DNA of 64,000 bases from Acidimicrobiales bacterium (lineage in GTDB: Bacteria > Actinomycetota > Acidimicrobiia > Acidimicrobiales > SZUA-35). The notes below the pieces were generated by a model. It was not told where the DNA came from. It saw nothing but the letters and a program-made list of their open reading frames with translations, and made no database searches. The stretch is taken from the NCBI GenBank assembly GCA_037968895.1, contig JBBKWJ010000286.1, forward strand, positions 9,260 to 73,259, given 5' to 3'. Within the stretch, counting starts at the first letter, position 1; each line of letters starts with the position of its first letter. This document shows positions 43,192 through 53,572 of the stretch, one piece after another. Both the position numbers and the translations under genes were made by a program.

Positions 43192-44335
43192 ATGAACTAC
43201 TCACCAGTGCAGGTCGCTGCACACACGGAAAACTGCGAACCGGACGCTGAAACAGTGATCGACGATCTGGCCTCAGTACTGGCTCGCGTTGGCGATCTAC
43301 CCGTGACCACCAGCGGTGCGAAACAAGCTCAACGCGAACTCTTCGAACTCTGGGCCGCTGCCGTTCGTCGGCCTTGAGGCCTCCTCTCTCAGCAAGTTTC
43401 TCGCTGCGCTCCAAACTTGGCCAACTTGTGGCTTTGTACACCGCGGACACGCGTTATGTCGCTCACCGAGCCGTTCGTCAGCCCTGACGGGCTTCCGCAC
43501 TCTCCGCCTTTTCTCGCTGCGCTCCAAAACCCTCCGCGTACCAACTTTCACTTGCTGCTCCCCACCTGGCGAGATCAGTCTCGGACACGCCGACGCATTG
43601 GCCTCGGCTTGGCGCTCACACCGCGAAGAGTTCGCTGACATTGAACAGCAGTTTTTGGATGCCATCCCTGGCCGTGACGTTGATTCGTTCAACCGCCTGG
43701 TGAAGCAATGGGAATGGCGGATCACGAAAAACGGCTCCGATGACGTGGAGAAAGAATTCGAGCGGCGTTCGATCTGCGCCCAATCGACGCTCAGTGGTTC
43801 TGTCACCGGGTCGTTCTCACTTCCTGGTCACATGGGCGAAGTGTTCCTCGACGGGATTTTCTCCACGCCTGACCCGGCTAGCGGAGTCGTAGAACCCCGC
43901 ACGCTACGACAACGGCAGGCAGACACCCTGATCGAAAACCTCACGGGCGAAATCACCGGCATCGCGGATGACGAAGGTTCGACCAGTGCCAGTGGAGCAG
44001 GGAGTGACCGCAGAACCAAGATTGATGCGGTGATCGATATCGCAACGCTGGGTGGGATTATTGATGGTGTCGGTAAGCAATGGTCACTCGAGGATTTACG
44101 CAGCGAGCTGCATCGTTCGGGCCAGTTGCCGCCAGCAGTGATTGAAATGCTGGTGTGCGACGCCGTATCTCGCTCCGCTCGAACTCACCTTTCGGCGCTG
44201 GGGCGCCGAAACGTGCCCGCCTGAGACTCGGCGCGTTTTTGCGCCAGCAAAAAGGCGGTAAGAGACGGGGCGCAGCCGAGGAACGACTGCGATTGTTCAT
44301 CACTTAGTCGAGAGATCGAATGGCGGAAAAACTGA
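43192..44335 (+). pseudogene. Decayed DUF222/HNH gene (frameshift, in-frame stop, eroded HNH)
   Basis: The 61-aa N-terminal ORF (43192-43377) overlaps a second-frame ORF (43316-44224) carrying the DUF222 body (PGEISLGHADAL...MLVCDAV). In-frame TGA at 44222. The same frame continues to 44335 with only a vestigial C..C / W pattern where HNH should be. Confidence 0.5.
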
Positions 44336-44538
44336 AGAACCGAATCTTGGACTTGTCTGTCGACGACATCACACGATGCTCCACCTCGGCCAGATCGTGT
44401 TGAGCCGAGACCAACAAACCGGAGCGTTTTCGACCAGCCTCCCCTGACCGGGTGGAGGCAAGGCCATGCCAATGGCGTTACTGACTACCCACACCTCACG
44501 GCGTGGTAGAAGCGTGCGCTTGGCGACGAACCGCGGTG

Positions 44539-45360
44539 TTAGCGGCGCCGGTCGCTTGTCGCCACTACTCGGTGCATCACGCGACGGTCGGGAAGATAGT
44601 CGGCGACGGCGTAGTGCTGGGTTCCATAGTTGTCCCAGATCGCAAGCGTGCCGGGGCGCCAGCGAAGGCGCATGTGGAACTGAGGCCGGTTGATGAACTC
44701 GAACAGAATAGTGAGCAACCGGGCACTCTCGGGGGCCGACATCCCAATGATCCAGCGCGTGAACGACTCGCTCACGTTGAGATAGGGGCGGCCGGTGATG
44801 GGGTGGTGAGCGATCATTGGGTGGACCGCAGTTCCGGCATCGGTCATCGCCTTCTCCAGTCCCTCTGCTCCGCCACTTCGGTAGGCACCGGTTCGAAAGG
44901 CTCCCATGTCATGCACGGCTTCGAGGCCTTCGAGGTCGGCCCGAAGTCCCGCAGGTAGGTCGTCGAGCACGGCGTACATCGACGCCCACAGCGTGTCGCC
45001 GCCCGCGTCCGGTACAACCTGGGCCTGGAGGAACGTTGCGAAGGGAGGGGCGGCCTTATAGGTCATGTCGGCGTGCCATTCGACGGCATCAGGCTTCATG
45101 TCGCCATGCCAATCGAGCACGACGATGTCGTCGCACTCTTCGTGGGTGACGTAGCTGTGATGGCGCAAACCAAGGGGCCCGAATGACTCGGCAAGCGCGG
45201 CCATTGCCTTTGGGGCAAGGTTGGCATCGGGAATCACCAATACCTGGTGCTCCATGAGTGCCGCATGTAAGGCGTCTGAGGTTGCGGCGCTCACTGATTC
45301 GCCGAATTCGGCATCGAAAACCTGGGCGCCAATTGGCCGAGTTATTGGTTCAAACTTCAC
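44539..45360 (-). CDS. TauD/TfdA-family Fe(II)/2-oxoglutarate dioxygenase
   Basis: 273-aa ORF with WHADMTY (HxD facial triad) and the C-terminal RVMHRV. Confidence 0.87.
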   Translation of the reverse strand: MKFEPITRPIGAQVFDAEFGESVSAATSDALHAALMEHQVLVIPDANLAPKAMAALAESFGPLGLRHHSYVTHEECDDIVVLDWHGDMKPDAVEWHADMTYKAAPPFATFLQAQVVPDAGGDTLWASMYAVLDDLPAGLRADLEGLEAVHDMGAFRTGAYRSGGAEGLEKAMTDAGTAVHPMIAHHPITGRPYLNVSESFTRWIIGMSAPESARLLTILFEFINRPQFHMRLRWRPGTLAIWDNYGTQHYAVADYLPDRRVMHRVVATSDRRR

Positions 45361-45387
45361 ACCAGGACCCCTATTGATTTGTGAACC

Positions 45388-47364
45388 TTAAAGCCCGACG
45401 GCGCCTTCGACTGGAGCGATGACGTCGGCGGGCTCGAACCCGAGCACTCGACCGTAGAACCAAAGCTCAGCCTCGAGCGAGCGAACAATCGTTTCCGCCT
45501 TACGGAAGCCATGCTGCTCGCCTTCAAAGTAGATGGCGGCGTGCGGCAAACCACTATCGGCGACGGCGGCGACGATCGCCTCCGATTGGCTTGGCGGCAC
45601 GACCTCATCATCGAGCCCTTGCATCACGAGCAGCGGGGCCGAAATCTTCGACGCGTGGTTGATCGGCGAACGAGCTTCGTAGATCGCCTTGTCTTCGGGA
45701 TAGCGACCGATAAGCCCATCGAGATAGCGCGCCTCGAACTTGTGTGTGTCGGTGGCAAGCGCCTCTAGTTCGGCAACGCCGTACAGGCTGGCCCCTGCGC
45801 TAAATGTTTCAGACGTTGCCAGTGCGAGCAGCACCGTGAGACCGCCAGCCGAGCTACCACGGATCGCACAGCGAGACCCGTCGACTTTGCCCGCGACGAC
45901 GAGCTGTTGGGCGGCGGCAATGCAATCTTCGACGTCGACGATGCCCCAGTTCCCTTGCAACAACTGGCGGTAGACCCGTCCATAGCCGCTCGAACCGCCG
46001 TAGTTAACGTCGGCGACCGCAAAGCCACGGCTGGTCCAGTAATTGATCTTGAGGTTGAGCTGGGGGGAAGAGTGAGCGGTGGGGCCACCGTGCCCGACCA
46101 CAATCAATGGTGGCAACTCTCCTTCGACTCCAGTGAGTTGCTCGCCAGCTGGCGGGTAGTAGAAGGCATGGCTCGGTCGATCGTTCGCCGACACAAAGTC
46201 GAATGTTTCAGGTTCGGAGAACCAGCCTTTGGCAACACCGAGGTCTTCGCCTTGTCGCCTCACTCGATTGGCGCCGGTTGCCAAGTGAAACTCTGTGATG
46301 TCTGGCATGCCGGTGGCCGACGAGCAGATGGCAATCGCAGTGCCGTCTTTCGTCGTGGTCAAACTCGAAAAAGCGGTGTAGCCCGACCGGATCGTCGACT
46401 GGCTTCCGTCCGACTTGATAAGGACGAGTTCGTCAACCGCATCGCGAGTGACAATCGCGACAAGCGAACCGTCTAATGCCTCATGCCACGCCTGCCCACC
46501 GAGCGTCCAAGGAGGACCGCCGACCTCAGCCGCAGTGAAGCTCGTCAGGTCGGCGACAGTCTGGGTGCCAGGCAACCAGCAGCGTAGGTTCCAGAAGCCG
46601 CTTGAATCAGAAGAAAAGATCAGGCGTCCATCGGAGTGCCAATTGGCGTGGATGATCGACTCATTCGGGTTGCCGGCAACCACGTGCACGTTGCCGAGGC
46701 GAGGTCCGTCAAATATCGGAGCCGCACACAGCTCAGTTCCGTCCCACGGCATCTGAGGGTGGTTCCAGCGAAGCCAGCTCAGCCAGCGACCGTCAGGCGA
46801 AATCCGAGGGGCCGCAACGAAGTCTGTTCCGCTCGCGAGTACGACAATCTCGCCCTCGCCATTCACTGGCATGGCAACTATCTCATTGCGAGCTTCGACT
46901 ACAGCCGTTTCGCCAGCAGCCGCCTTGTCAGCAAGGGGCGTGTGATCTTCGCGGACGCAGATCAGCGACCCGTCTACGGTTTCGACGCCGTCAGCGAAAC
47001 GCCACGCATGGCGCTCGACTGGTTCAGGGCTCACCGACTCGGGTTCGCCGCCGTCAATGCCAACTCGGTAGACGCGTTGGTCATCCCAGTTGACGAAGTA
47101 GAGGTGACTGCGCCCAAGCCACCATGCGCCACCCCCGTACTCGTGGACTCGCGAACGAGCGGCGAAGCCGGCGGGCAGTACCTCTTCGAATGGGTCGCTG
47201 CCGACGGAACGCACGATTGCGACGCGGCCGCCTTCTTCGGGCCGACGTTCTGACCAGAACAGGCGATCCCCATGGACATCGACTGATTCGAGGCCGACTG
47301 CACCAGAGGCAACAAGGGAAGCACTAATTGGCGATGGCCAAGATCCGTATGGCAGCGATGTCAC
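45388..47364 (-). CDS. S9 family serine peptidase (prolyl oligopeptidase / dipeptidyl aminopeptidase-like)
   Basis: 658-aa ORF with an N-terminal beta-propeller-like region and a C-terminal hydrolase domain with GSSAGG, D..V and GEQHGF. Confidence 0.9.
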   Translation of the reverse strand: MTSLPYGSWPSPISASLVASGAVGLESVDVHGDRLFWSERRPEEGGRVAIVRSVGSDPFEEVLPAGFAARSRVHEYGGGAWWLGRSHLYFVNWDDQRVYRVGIDGGEPESVSPEPVERHAWRFADGVETVDGSLICVREDHTPLADKAAAGETAVVEARNEIVAMPVNGEGEIVVLASGTDFVAAPRISPDGRWLSWLRWNHPQMPWDGTELCAAPIFDGPRLGNVHVVAGNPNESIIHANWHSDGRLIFSSDSSGFWNLRCWLPGTQTVADLTSFTAAEVGGPPWTLGGQAWHEALDGSLVAIVTRDAVDELVLIKSDGSQSTIRSGYTAFSSLTTTKDGTAIAICSSATGMPDITEFHLATGANRVRRQGEDLGVAKGWFSEPETFDFVSANDRPSHAFYYPPAGEQLTGVEGELPPLIVVGHGGPTAHSSPQLNLKINYWTSRGFAVADVNYGGSSGYGRVYRQLLQGNWGIVDVEDCIAAAQQLVVAGKVDGSRCAIRGSSAGGLTVLLALATSETFSAGASLYGVAELEALATDTHKFEARYLDGLIGRYPEDKAIYEARSPINHASKISAPLLVMQGLDDEVVPPSQSEAIVAAVADSGLPHAAIYFEGEQHGFRKAETIVRSLEAELWFYGRVLGFEPADVIAPVEGAVGL

Positions 47365-47367
47365 GAA

Positions 47368-48570
47368 CTAGCCCTCAGCAAGGAAGTCGGCGATTCGGTT
47401 CAAGCCCTCACCCATGTCGTCGTCGCCAAGCGCGAACGAGAACCGGGCGTAGCCGGGTGTGCCGAAGGCTTCTCCGGGGACGAATGCAACCTTGACCTCG
47501 TCAAGGATGAGGTCAGCCAACTGCACCGTGCTTTCGACGGTGACCCCACGGAAGGTCTTGCCCATCACACCTTCAAACGACGGGTATGCGTAGAACGCGC
47601 CCTGAGGCGACAAGCACTCGACGCCGGGCATGCCGGAGAGAATCTGGTGCATAGTCTTGCGGCGACGGTCGAACGCCTCTCGCATCATCATCACGGCATC
47701 GAGGTTTCCCGAGACCGCGGCGAGCGCTGCGGCCTGGGCGACGTTGTTGACGTTTGACGTCTGGTGTGACTGGAGCGAGGTGAGTGCCTTTGCCATGTCG
47801 GGCGGCGCGATGAGCCAGCCAACTCGCCAGCCCGTCATCGCGTACGTTTTGGCGACGCCGTTGAGGACGATGCACTTATCGGCGATCGCCGGCACGAGAG
47901 TTGGCATCGAATGAAACTCGACACCGTCATAGGTGAGGTGTTCGTAGATCTCGTCGGTGAGCACCCAGATGCCGTGCTCGACAGCCCATTCGCCGATGGC
48001 GATGATCTCCTCTTTCGAGTAAACGGCGCCCGACGGGTTAGAGGGGCTGACAAAGATTAGGGCTTTGGTTCGATCGGTTCGAGCAGCCTCAAGCTGCTCT
48101 ACGGTGGCCCTGAATCCGCCCTCGATGTTGGTGTCGACGGTGACGGGAACGCCGCCAGCGAGACGAACTGGCTCGGGATAGGTGGTCCAATACGGCGCCG
48201 GAATGAGCACCTCGTCGCCCGGGTCAACGACGCCTGCGATTGCGTTGTAGACCGCATGTTTGCCACCGTTGGTGACAACGACTTGCGCAGGGTCGACCTC
48301 GTAGCCGGAATCGCGCATCGTCTTGACTGCAATGGCGGCCTTCAGATCGGGTTGGCCGCCGGCGGGCGAGTAGCGGTGACTCTTCGGGTCGCGACACGCC
48401 AGAACTGCAGCCTCGACGATGTAGTCAGGGGTCGGAAAATCTGGCTCACCGGCGCCGAACCCGATGACGGGTTCACCCGCCGCCTTTAGGGCCTTCGCCT
48501 TGGCGTCAACGGCCAGAGTTGCGGAAGGGGAAATCGCAGCGATGCGAGCAGAGATACGGCGGTCAGCCAT
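47368..48570 (-). CDS. Pyridoxal-phosphate-dependent aminotransferase (aspartate aminotransferase-like, class I)
   Basis: 400-aa ORF with [15 protein letters not shown], and [15 protein letters not shown] (PLP Lys). Confidence 0.9.
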   Translation of the reverse strand: MADRRISARIAAISPSATLAVDAKAKALKAAGEPVIGFGAGEPDFPTPDYIVEAAVLACRDPKSHRYSPAGGQPDLKAAIAVKTMRDSGYEVDPAQVVVTNGGKHAVYNAIAGVVDPGDEVLIPAPYWTTYPEPVRLAGGVPVTVDTNIEGGFRATVEQLEAARTDRTKALIFVSPSNPSGAVYSKEEIIAIGEWAVEHGIWVLTDEIYEHLTYDGVEFHSMPTLVPAIADKCIVLNGVAKTYAMTGWRVGWLIAPPDMAKALTSLQSHQTSNVNNVAQAAALAAVSGNLDAVMMMREAFDRRRKTMHQILSGMPGVECLSPQGAFYAYPSFEGVMGKTFRGVTVESTVQLADLILDEVKVAFVPGEAFGTPGYARFSFALGDDDMGEGLNRIADFLAEG

Positions 48571-48665
48571 TACTCACTCCTAGGAGAAGACAACAATGAA
48601 ATTGCATCCTCGCACGTCTTTACGCGAACGACTCCCGATTTCCGCAAACTATGGCCGAAAACGAC

Positions 48666-49070
48666 TCAGGCGTCTTCTCCCTCGACGGGAGCGAGCCTCA
48701 GCGACGCCGAGTTCATGCAGTACCGCAAGCCGGTCTCGGTAGGACCGTCAGGAAATACGTGGCCAAGATGAGCCCCGCAGCCCGAGCACACCGTTTCAAC
48801 ACGAACCATGCCGTGGCTTACGTCGCGCTTCTCGGTGATGAGTCCAGCGGCCTTTGCTTCTGAGAAGCTCGGCCAGCCGCAGCCGGCATCGAACTTGGTC
48901 GACGAGTCAAACAGCTCCTGATCACAAACCACGCAGTGATAGGTGCCGTCATTCCAGACGTCCCAGTATTCGCCGGTGAAGGCGCGTTCGGTGCCCGCAT
49001 CTTGCGTTACCGCAAACTGGATTGGGGTCAGGCGCTCTTTGAGCCCTGCGAGATCTACTTCGTGTGCCAC
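48666..49070 (-). CDS. msrB: Peptide-methionine (R)-S-oxide reductase
   Basis: 134-aa ORF with two CxxC zinc motifs ([16 protein letters not shown]) and the catalytic RYCMNS. Confidence 0.93.
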   Translation of the reverse strand: MAHEVDLAGLKERLTPIQFAVTQDAGTERAFTGEYWDVWNDGTYHCVVCDQELFDSSTKFDAGCGWPSFSEAKAAGLITEKRDVSHGMVRVETVCSGCGAHLGHVFPDGPTETGLRYCMNSASLRLAPVEGEDA

Positions 49071-49631
49071 TTACTCATCTCCTGCCTCGGTGATGGTGAC
49101 CGACTCAATGACCACGTCAGTCTTTGGTCGATCGCCCATACCGGTTGAAACCTTCTCGATGGCATCAACAACATCTAGGCCCTTGATTACCTTCCCGAAT
49201 AACGCATATGCCGGGGGAAGGCCCTGTCCGCTTGGGCCACTGATGACGAAGAACTGGCTGCCGTTGGTGTTTGGCCCAGCGTTAGCCATCGCCAAAGAAC
49301 CCAGCTCGTAACGGCCAGGCTTTGGCAGCTCGTCGGCAAACTTGTAGCCCGGTCCGCCCCGGCCTGAACCCTCAGGGCAACCGCCCTGGAGCACGAAGCC
49401 TTGGATGACGCGGTGGAAAATGAGGCCGTCGTAGTAGTGGTAACGAGCGAGGCTGACGAAGTTGTTGACCGTCTTTGGCGCCCCTGCTGGATCGAGCGTG
49501 GCGATCATGGTGCCCATGCTGGTAACGATCTCGGCGGTGTAACGCTTCGACACGTCGATGCACATCGGGAACTCGCCATCGAACTTGGTTTGACGAGGGC
49601 TTGATCCGTCAACTTCTGGGCATACAGGCAT
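49071..49631 (-). CDS. Peptidyl-prolyl cis-trans isomerase, cyclophilin type
   Basis: Contains FHRVIQGFVLQGG, GSLAMANAGPNTNGSQFF. The start may be one of the internal Met codons. Confidence 0.9.
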   Translation of the reverse strand: MPVCPEVDGSSPRQTKFDGEFPMCIDVSKRYTAEIVTSMGTMIATLDPAGAPKTVNNFVSLARYHYYDGLIFHRVIQGFVLQGGCPEGSGRGGPGYKFADELPKPGRYELGSLAMANAGPNTNGSQFFVISGPSGQGLPPAYALFGKVIKGLDVVDAIEKVSTGMGDRPKTDVVIESVTITEAGDE

Positions 49632-49687
49632 TTGGGGCTCCTAGATTTGAGTCAGCAACGCGCCAACGGCACGCGAACGCCAACACC

Positions 49688-51004
49688 CTATCCGATTGCC
49701 CCGAAACCCTTTTCGAGGTCGGCGATGATGTCGTTGATCGACTCGAGGCCAACGCTCAATCTGATGAGTCCTGGCTCGACGCCAGCCGTTCGTTGTTCGT
49801 CTTCGGTGAGCTGGCTGTGAGTGGTTGAACCTGGATGAATGACGAGTGACCGCACGTCACCGATGTTGGCGACATGGCTATGCAGCTCAAGTCCTTCGAC
49901 AAACTGCACACCAGCCTCGCGGCCACCCTTGAGCACGAACGACGGGACCGATCCGAACCCACGGCCGCCCGCATACTTCTTGGCCGTCTCGTGCCACGGC
50001 GAATCAGGCAGACCGGCATAGCTAACCGACTCGACCTCGGGACGAGCGTTCAGCCACTCGGCGACCGTCTGGGCGTTCGACAAGTGACGCTCCATCCGCA
50101 GCGAGAGTGTTTCGATGCCTTGGATGACCTGAAAGGCGTTGAAAGGGCTGACCGCAGGGCCGAAGTCGCGCAGTAGTTGCACTCTGGCCTTCGCAATGAA
50201 CGAACCGTGGCCGAGCATTGGCCAATAGGTAAGGCCGTTGTAGCTCGGGTCTGGCTCATTGAAATTGGGGTATCGCTCGGCGTCGGAGAACTCAAAGGTG
50301 CCGCCGTCAACGATGACGCCCGCGATCGAGGTTCCGTGACCACCGAGAAACTTGGTAGCCGAATGGACGACGATGTCGGCGCCCCACTCGAGCGGGCGAA
50401 TGAGGTATGGCGACGCCACAGTGTTGTCGATGACAAGCGGCACTCCAGCGTCGTGAGCGACGGCGGCGACGGCTTCGATGTCGAGCACGTTGTTCTTCGG
50501 GTTACCGATTGACTCGCCGTAGAACAGCTTGGTGTTCGGCTGAACCGCCGCTTTCCACTGCTCTGGGTCGTCGGCATCCTCAACAAACGTGGTGGTGATC
50601 CCGAACTTCGGCAGCGTGTAGTGAAGGAGGTTGTAGCTACCGCCATAGAGGGCCGCGGAGGCAACGATGTGCGACCCGGCCTCGGCAATGTTCATGATTG
50701 TGAGCGTTTCGGCGGCTTGGCCTGAAGCCACGACCAATGCCCCCGGCACACCGGCGGCCGTCGACGACAAGCCGTTTTCTAGAGCTGCGACACGGGTCTC
50801 GAGCACGCCCTGGGTCGGGTTCATGATGCGGGTGTAGATGTTGCCGGGCTCGCCGAGCGCAAACAGATTGGCGGCATGCGCCGAGTCTTTGAACTGATAG
50901 GCCGTCGTCTGGTAGATCGGCACGGCCCTCGCGCCCGTCGTCGGATCGGCAACCTGCCCTGAGTGGATTTGGCGGGTCTCAAAGCCCCAGTCTTGCTCGC
51001 TCAT
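49688..51004 (-). CDS. metY: O-acetylhomoserine (thiol)-lyase / sulfhydrylase
   Basis: 438-aa Cys/Met-metabolism PLP enzyme with [11 protein letters not shown] (PLP Lys) and an AGGAG SD 6 nt upstream of the ATG. Confidence 0.92.
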   Translation of the reverse strand: MSEQDWGFETRQIHSGQVADPTTGARAVPIYQTTAYQFKDSAHAANLFALGEPGNIYTRIMNPTQGVLETRVAALENGLSSTAAGVPGALVVASGQAAETLTIMNIAEAGSHIVASAALYGGSYNLLHYTLPKFGITTTFVEDADDPEQWKAAVQPNTKLFYGESIGNPKNNVLDIEAVAAVAHDAGVPLVIDNTVASPYLIRPLEWGADIVVHSATKFLGGHGTSIAGVIVDGGTFEFSDAERYPNFNEPDPSYNGLTYWPMLGHGSFIAKARVQLLRDFGPAVSPFNAFQVIQGIETLSLRMERHLSNAQTVAEWLNARPEVESVSYAGLPDSPWHETAKKYAGGRGFGSVPSFVLKGGREAGVQFVEGLELHSHVANIGDVRSLVIHPGSTTHSQLTEDEQRTAGVEPGLIRLSVGLESINDIIADLEKGFGAIG

Positions 51005-51112
51005 CGTGTACTCCTCGAAAGTGAAATTCGTTGAGAACGCACACTACGGCCTAATTCATGACAAAACCACCCGGGTTTATCAAGATTTGCAATATGGACG
51101 ACGTATCCCTGC

Positions 51113-51670
51113 TCAGGAGCCGGTATAGACGCCGATATATGGAAGGTTCCGGTAGCGCTGGGCGACGTCAAGACCGTAACCGATCACAAATGCCTCGCCT
51201 GGAACTGAAAACCCTGTGTAGTCGACCTGCACTCCGTCGGCCTGACGCCCGTCGCGGACAAGCAAACTGCACGTTCGAACTGTTGCCGGACCCTGAGCGC
51301 TGATGTGATCGAGCAGGAACTTCATGGTGAGCCCGGAGTCGATGATGTCTTCGACGAGAATCACATGCCTCCCGAACACGCTCTCATCAAGGTCCTTAAC
51401 GATTTTTACGATGCCGCTCGAGGTCATCTGGTTTCCGTACGACGACACGGCCATGAAGTCGACTTCGACCGGACCCTCGATGGTTCTCATGAGATCGGCC
51501 ACAAAGATGACCGATCCTTTCAGAATCGCGATGAGAAGCGGCACCTCGCCTGCGAGGTCGCGAGTGATCTCCGCCCCGAGTTCGGCGACCCTGGTCTGTA
51601 GCGAAGCCGCATCGATCAGAATCTCGCCGAGGTCGCCTTCAGGTGGGAACTGTGCTGATAGGTCGCTCAC
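51113..51670 (-). CDS. hpt: Hypoxanthine phosphoribosyltransferase
   Basis: 185-aa ORF; the PRPP-binding motif HVILVEDIIDSGLTM. Confidence 0.92.
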   Translation of the reverse strand: MSDLSAQFPPEGDLGEILIDAASLQTRVAELGAEITRDLAGEVPLLIAILKGSVIFVADLMRTIEGPVEVDFMAVSSYGNQMTSSGIVKIVKDLDESVFGRHVILVEDIIDSGLTMKFLLDHISAQGPATVRTCSLLVRDGRQADGVQVDYTGFSVPGEAFVIGYGLDVAQRYRNLPYIGVYTGS

Positions 51671-52452
51671 TGGCCGGTGAAGGACGCCTTGCCGGGCCCT
51701 GACTCCAAGAAACTGGTGATGCCAATGACTGCGTCGTCGGTTTGGAACGAGGCGACGAATTCGCGCTTCTCGATTGCGATCGCTTCTTCGATGGAAACGT
51801 GCAGACCATCCATGATGGCCTTCTTCACGTTGGCCAACGCAGCCGGTCCCTTCGCATACTTGCCCGCAAGCTCGAGTGAGCGGGCGAGAACCTGATCGTC
51901 TGCGACAACCTCAGACACGAGACCAATGGCGAGTGCTTCTTCTGCCTTGACCTGTCGGCCCGTGTAGCTGATTTCCTTCGACCGCGTGACTCCGACAAGG
52001 CGAGTGAGCCGCTGGGTGCCACCGGCGCCTGGGATAATGCCGAGGAGAATTTCGGGTTGGCCGAACACTGCGCCTTCGCCGCAGATACGGAAATCTGTGC
52101 TCATCGAAAGCTCGCAGCCACCGCCGAGGGCGTAGCCGTTGACGGCGGAGATTGTGATCTGCGACATATTCTCAAGTCGGAAGTTGGCCTCGTTCAGCAG
52201 ATCAACCATTGCTGAGGGGTCTCGAAAATCGCCCTCAATTGGAAACTCTGAGATGTCGGCACCAGCAGCAAAGATGCGCTCGCCGCCCCAGACGACGACG
52301 GCTCGGATGTCGCCACGGGCCTCGATCTCGTCAACGACCTCGATCAGCTCTCGTCCAACCTGACTGTTCAACGCGTTGACCTTCGGGCGTTCAAGTCGAA
52401 TGATCGCAACCCCATCAACATCACTTGGCTGTAGACGTACTACCTCACCCAT
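51667..52452 (-). CDS. Enoyl-CoA hydratase/isomerase (crotonase family)
   Basis: Crotonase pattern (RPKVNALN, FAAGADI, GYALGGGCEL). Start moved to ATG 52452, which has GGAGA 6 nt upstream. 4-nt overlap with hpt. Confidence 0.88.
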   Translation of the reverse strand: MGEVVRLQPSDVDGVAIIRLERPKVNALNSQVGRELIEVVDEIEARGDIRAVVVWGGERIFAAGADISEFPIEGDFRDPSAMVDLLNEANFRLENMSQITISAVNGYALGGGCELSMSTDFRICGEGAVFGQPEILLGIIPGAGGTQRLTRLVGVTRSKEISYTGRQVKAEEALAIGLVSEVVADDQVLARSLELAGKYAKGPAALANVKKAIMDGLHVSIEEAIAIEKREFVASFQTDDAVIGITSFLESGPGKASFTGQ

Positions 52453-52539
52453 ATCGATCTCCATCGTCGTTCGCCGAACTCGTGCGAGCCCCAGTCTGGT
52501 GGCACCGCCATTCAATCATCAACGTCTATCGTCACTCCA

Positions 52540-53541
52540 ATGGAAACTATTGTTGGGCGACGAGGCTGGCACGCGCGATTCGCCTTCGTCGCCGTTGCCG
52601 CCTGCCTCGGCGTCGCAAGTTGCGGTCAGTCACTCAACGACTACCTCAATGAGACGGCGGGATCCGAGACCGTCGATTCAATCGCAGCTGAGGGCGAAGA
52701 ACCGGTCGAGTCAACGACGACGATTCCCGTTCCTGTGGAGTTCATCGCATTTGGCGACGCCGCCGACTGCCGCGGTCGAGACGCCGAGGTGGCGGCTCTC
52801 GTCGATGCCTCTGAGGCCGACATTCTCTTCGTCGGCGACGCCGCGTACCCAAACGGCTCGGCCGAAGATTTCGCCAACTGCTTCCTTCCGCTCTACGGCG
52901 ACGACCTCGATCGCTTCCACGCCGTTCCTGGCGACAACGACTACAAGACTCCGGGAGCATCCGAGTTCTTCTCGGTGTTCGGCCCGGCGGCCGGCGCTGC
53001 TGGCGCAGGTTGGTTCGCATTCGAAACGAACGGCTGGCAGATAATCGGAATGAACTCTGAGTGCGACCAGGTCGGAGGATGCGATGAGGGATCACCCCAG
53101 TATCAGTGGCTTCAGGCGACCCTCGCTGCGGCCCCAGACGCCTGCCGCCTGGCCTTCTGGCAGCTCCCCCGATTCACTTCGTCTGCGAATTATCAAGAAA
53201 TCAACCGCCTCGGTCCCCTCTACGACCTCCTCTACGATGCACGAACCGATCTTCTCCTGGTTGGCAATTCGCACCATTATGAACGCTTCGACCGGCTCGG
53301 CAAGGATGGCTCGACGGACGATCGGGGTATTCGCAACATCACTGTCGGCACCGGCGGCGCACCGCTGACCGAGTTCTCACCCGAACCTCGCGCTGGATCG
53401 GCGGTTCGCAACAACAATTCACATGGATTCCTGCAGCTCTCGCTGCTACCAAACGAGTACAGCTGGACCTTCGTCGGAGCCACCGAACAGTCCGATCTCA
53501 TCGACTCCGGGGCTAGTTCCTGCGTCAAGTCCGAGTCCTGA
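52540..53541 (+). CDS. Calcineurin-like metallophosphoesterase, probable lipoprotein
   Basis: 333-aa ORF with lipobox ACLGVASCG and metallophosphatase motifs (GDAAD, GDAAYPNG, GDNDY, GNSHHYER). Confidence 0.8.
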   Translation: METIVGRRGWHARFAFVAVAACLGVASCGQSLNDYLNETAGSETVDSIAAEGEEPVESTTTIPVPVEFIAFGDAADCRGRDAEVAALVDASEADILFVGDAAYPNGSAEDFANCFLPLYGDDLDRFHAVPGDNDYKTPGASEFFSVFGPAAGAAGAGWFAFETNGWQIIGMNSECDQVGGCDEGSPQYQWLQATLAAAPDACRLAFWQLPRFTSSANYQEINRLGPLYDLLYDARTDLLLVGNSHHYERFDRLGKDGSTDDRGIRNITVGTGGAPLTEFSPEPRAGSAVRNNNSHGFLQLSLLPNEYSWTFVGATEQSDLIDSGASSCVKSES

Positions 53542-53572
53542 GGCAGCCCGCTAACCATCAGCTAGCGTTGTC

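Noticed and set aside
50050-50688. 212-aa minus ORF in a different frame of metY.
   Set aside because: Overlapping-frame shadow within a confidently identified PLP enzyme gene; Ser/Arg/Pro/Thr-rich.
51005-51112. Relatively AT-rich 108-nt leader upstream of metY, considered as a SAM-family riboswitch.
   Set aside because: I saw no resemblance to the SAM-I or SAM-IV cores I can recall and no obvious terminator. It is probably just promoter plus SD (AGGAG). A covariance-model scan would settle it.
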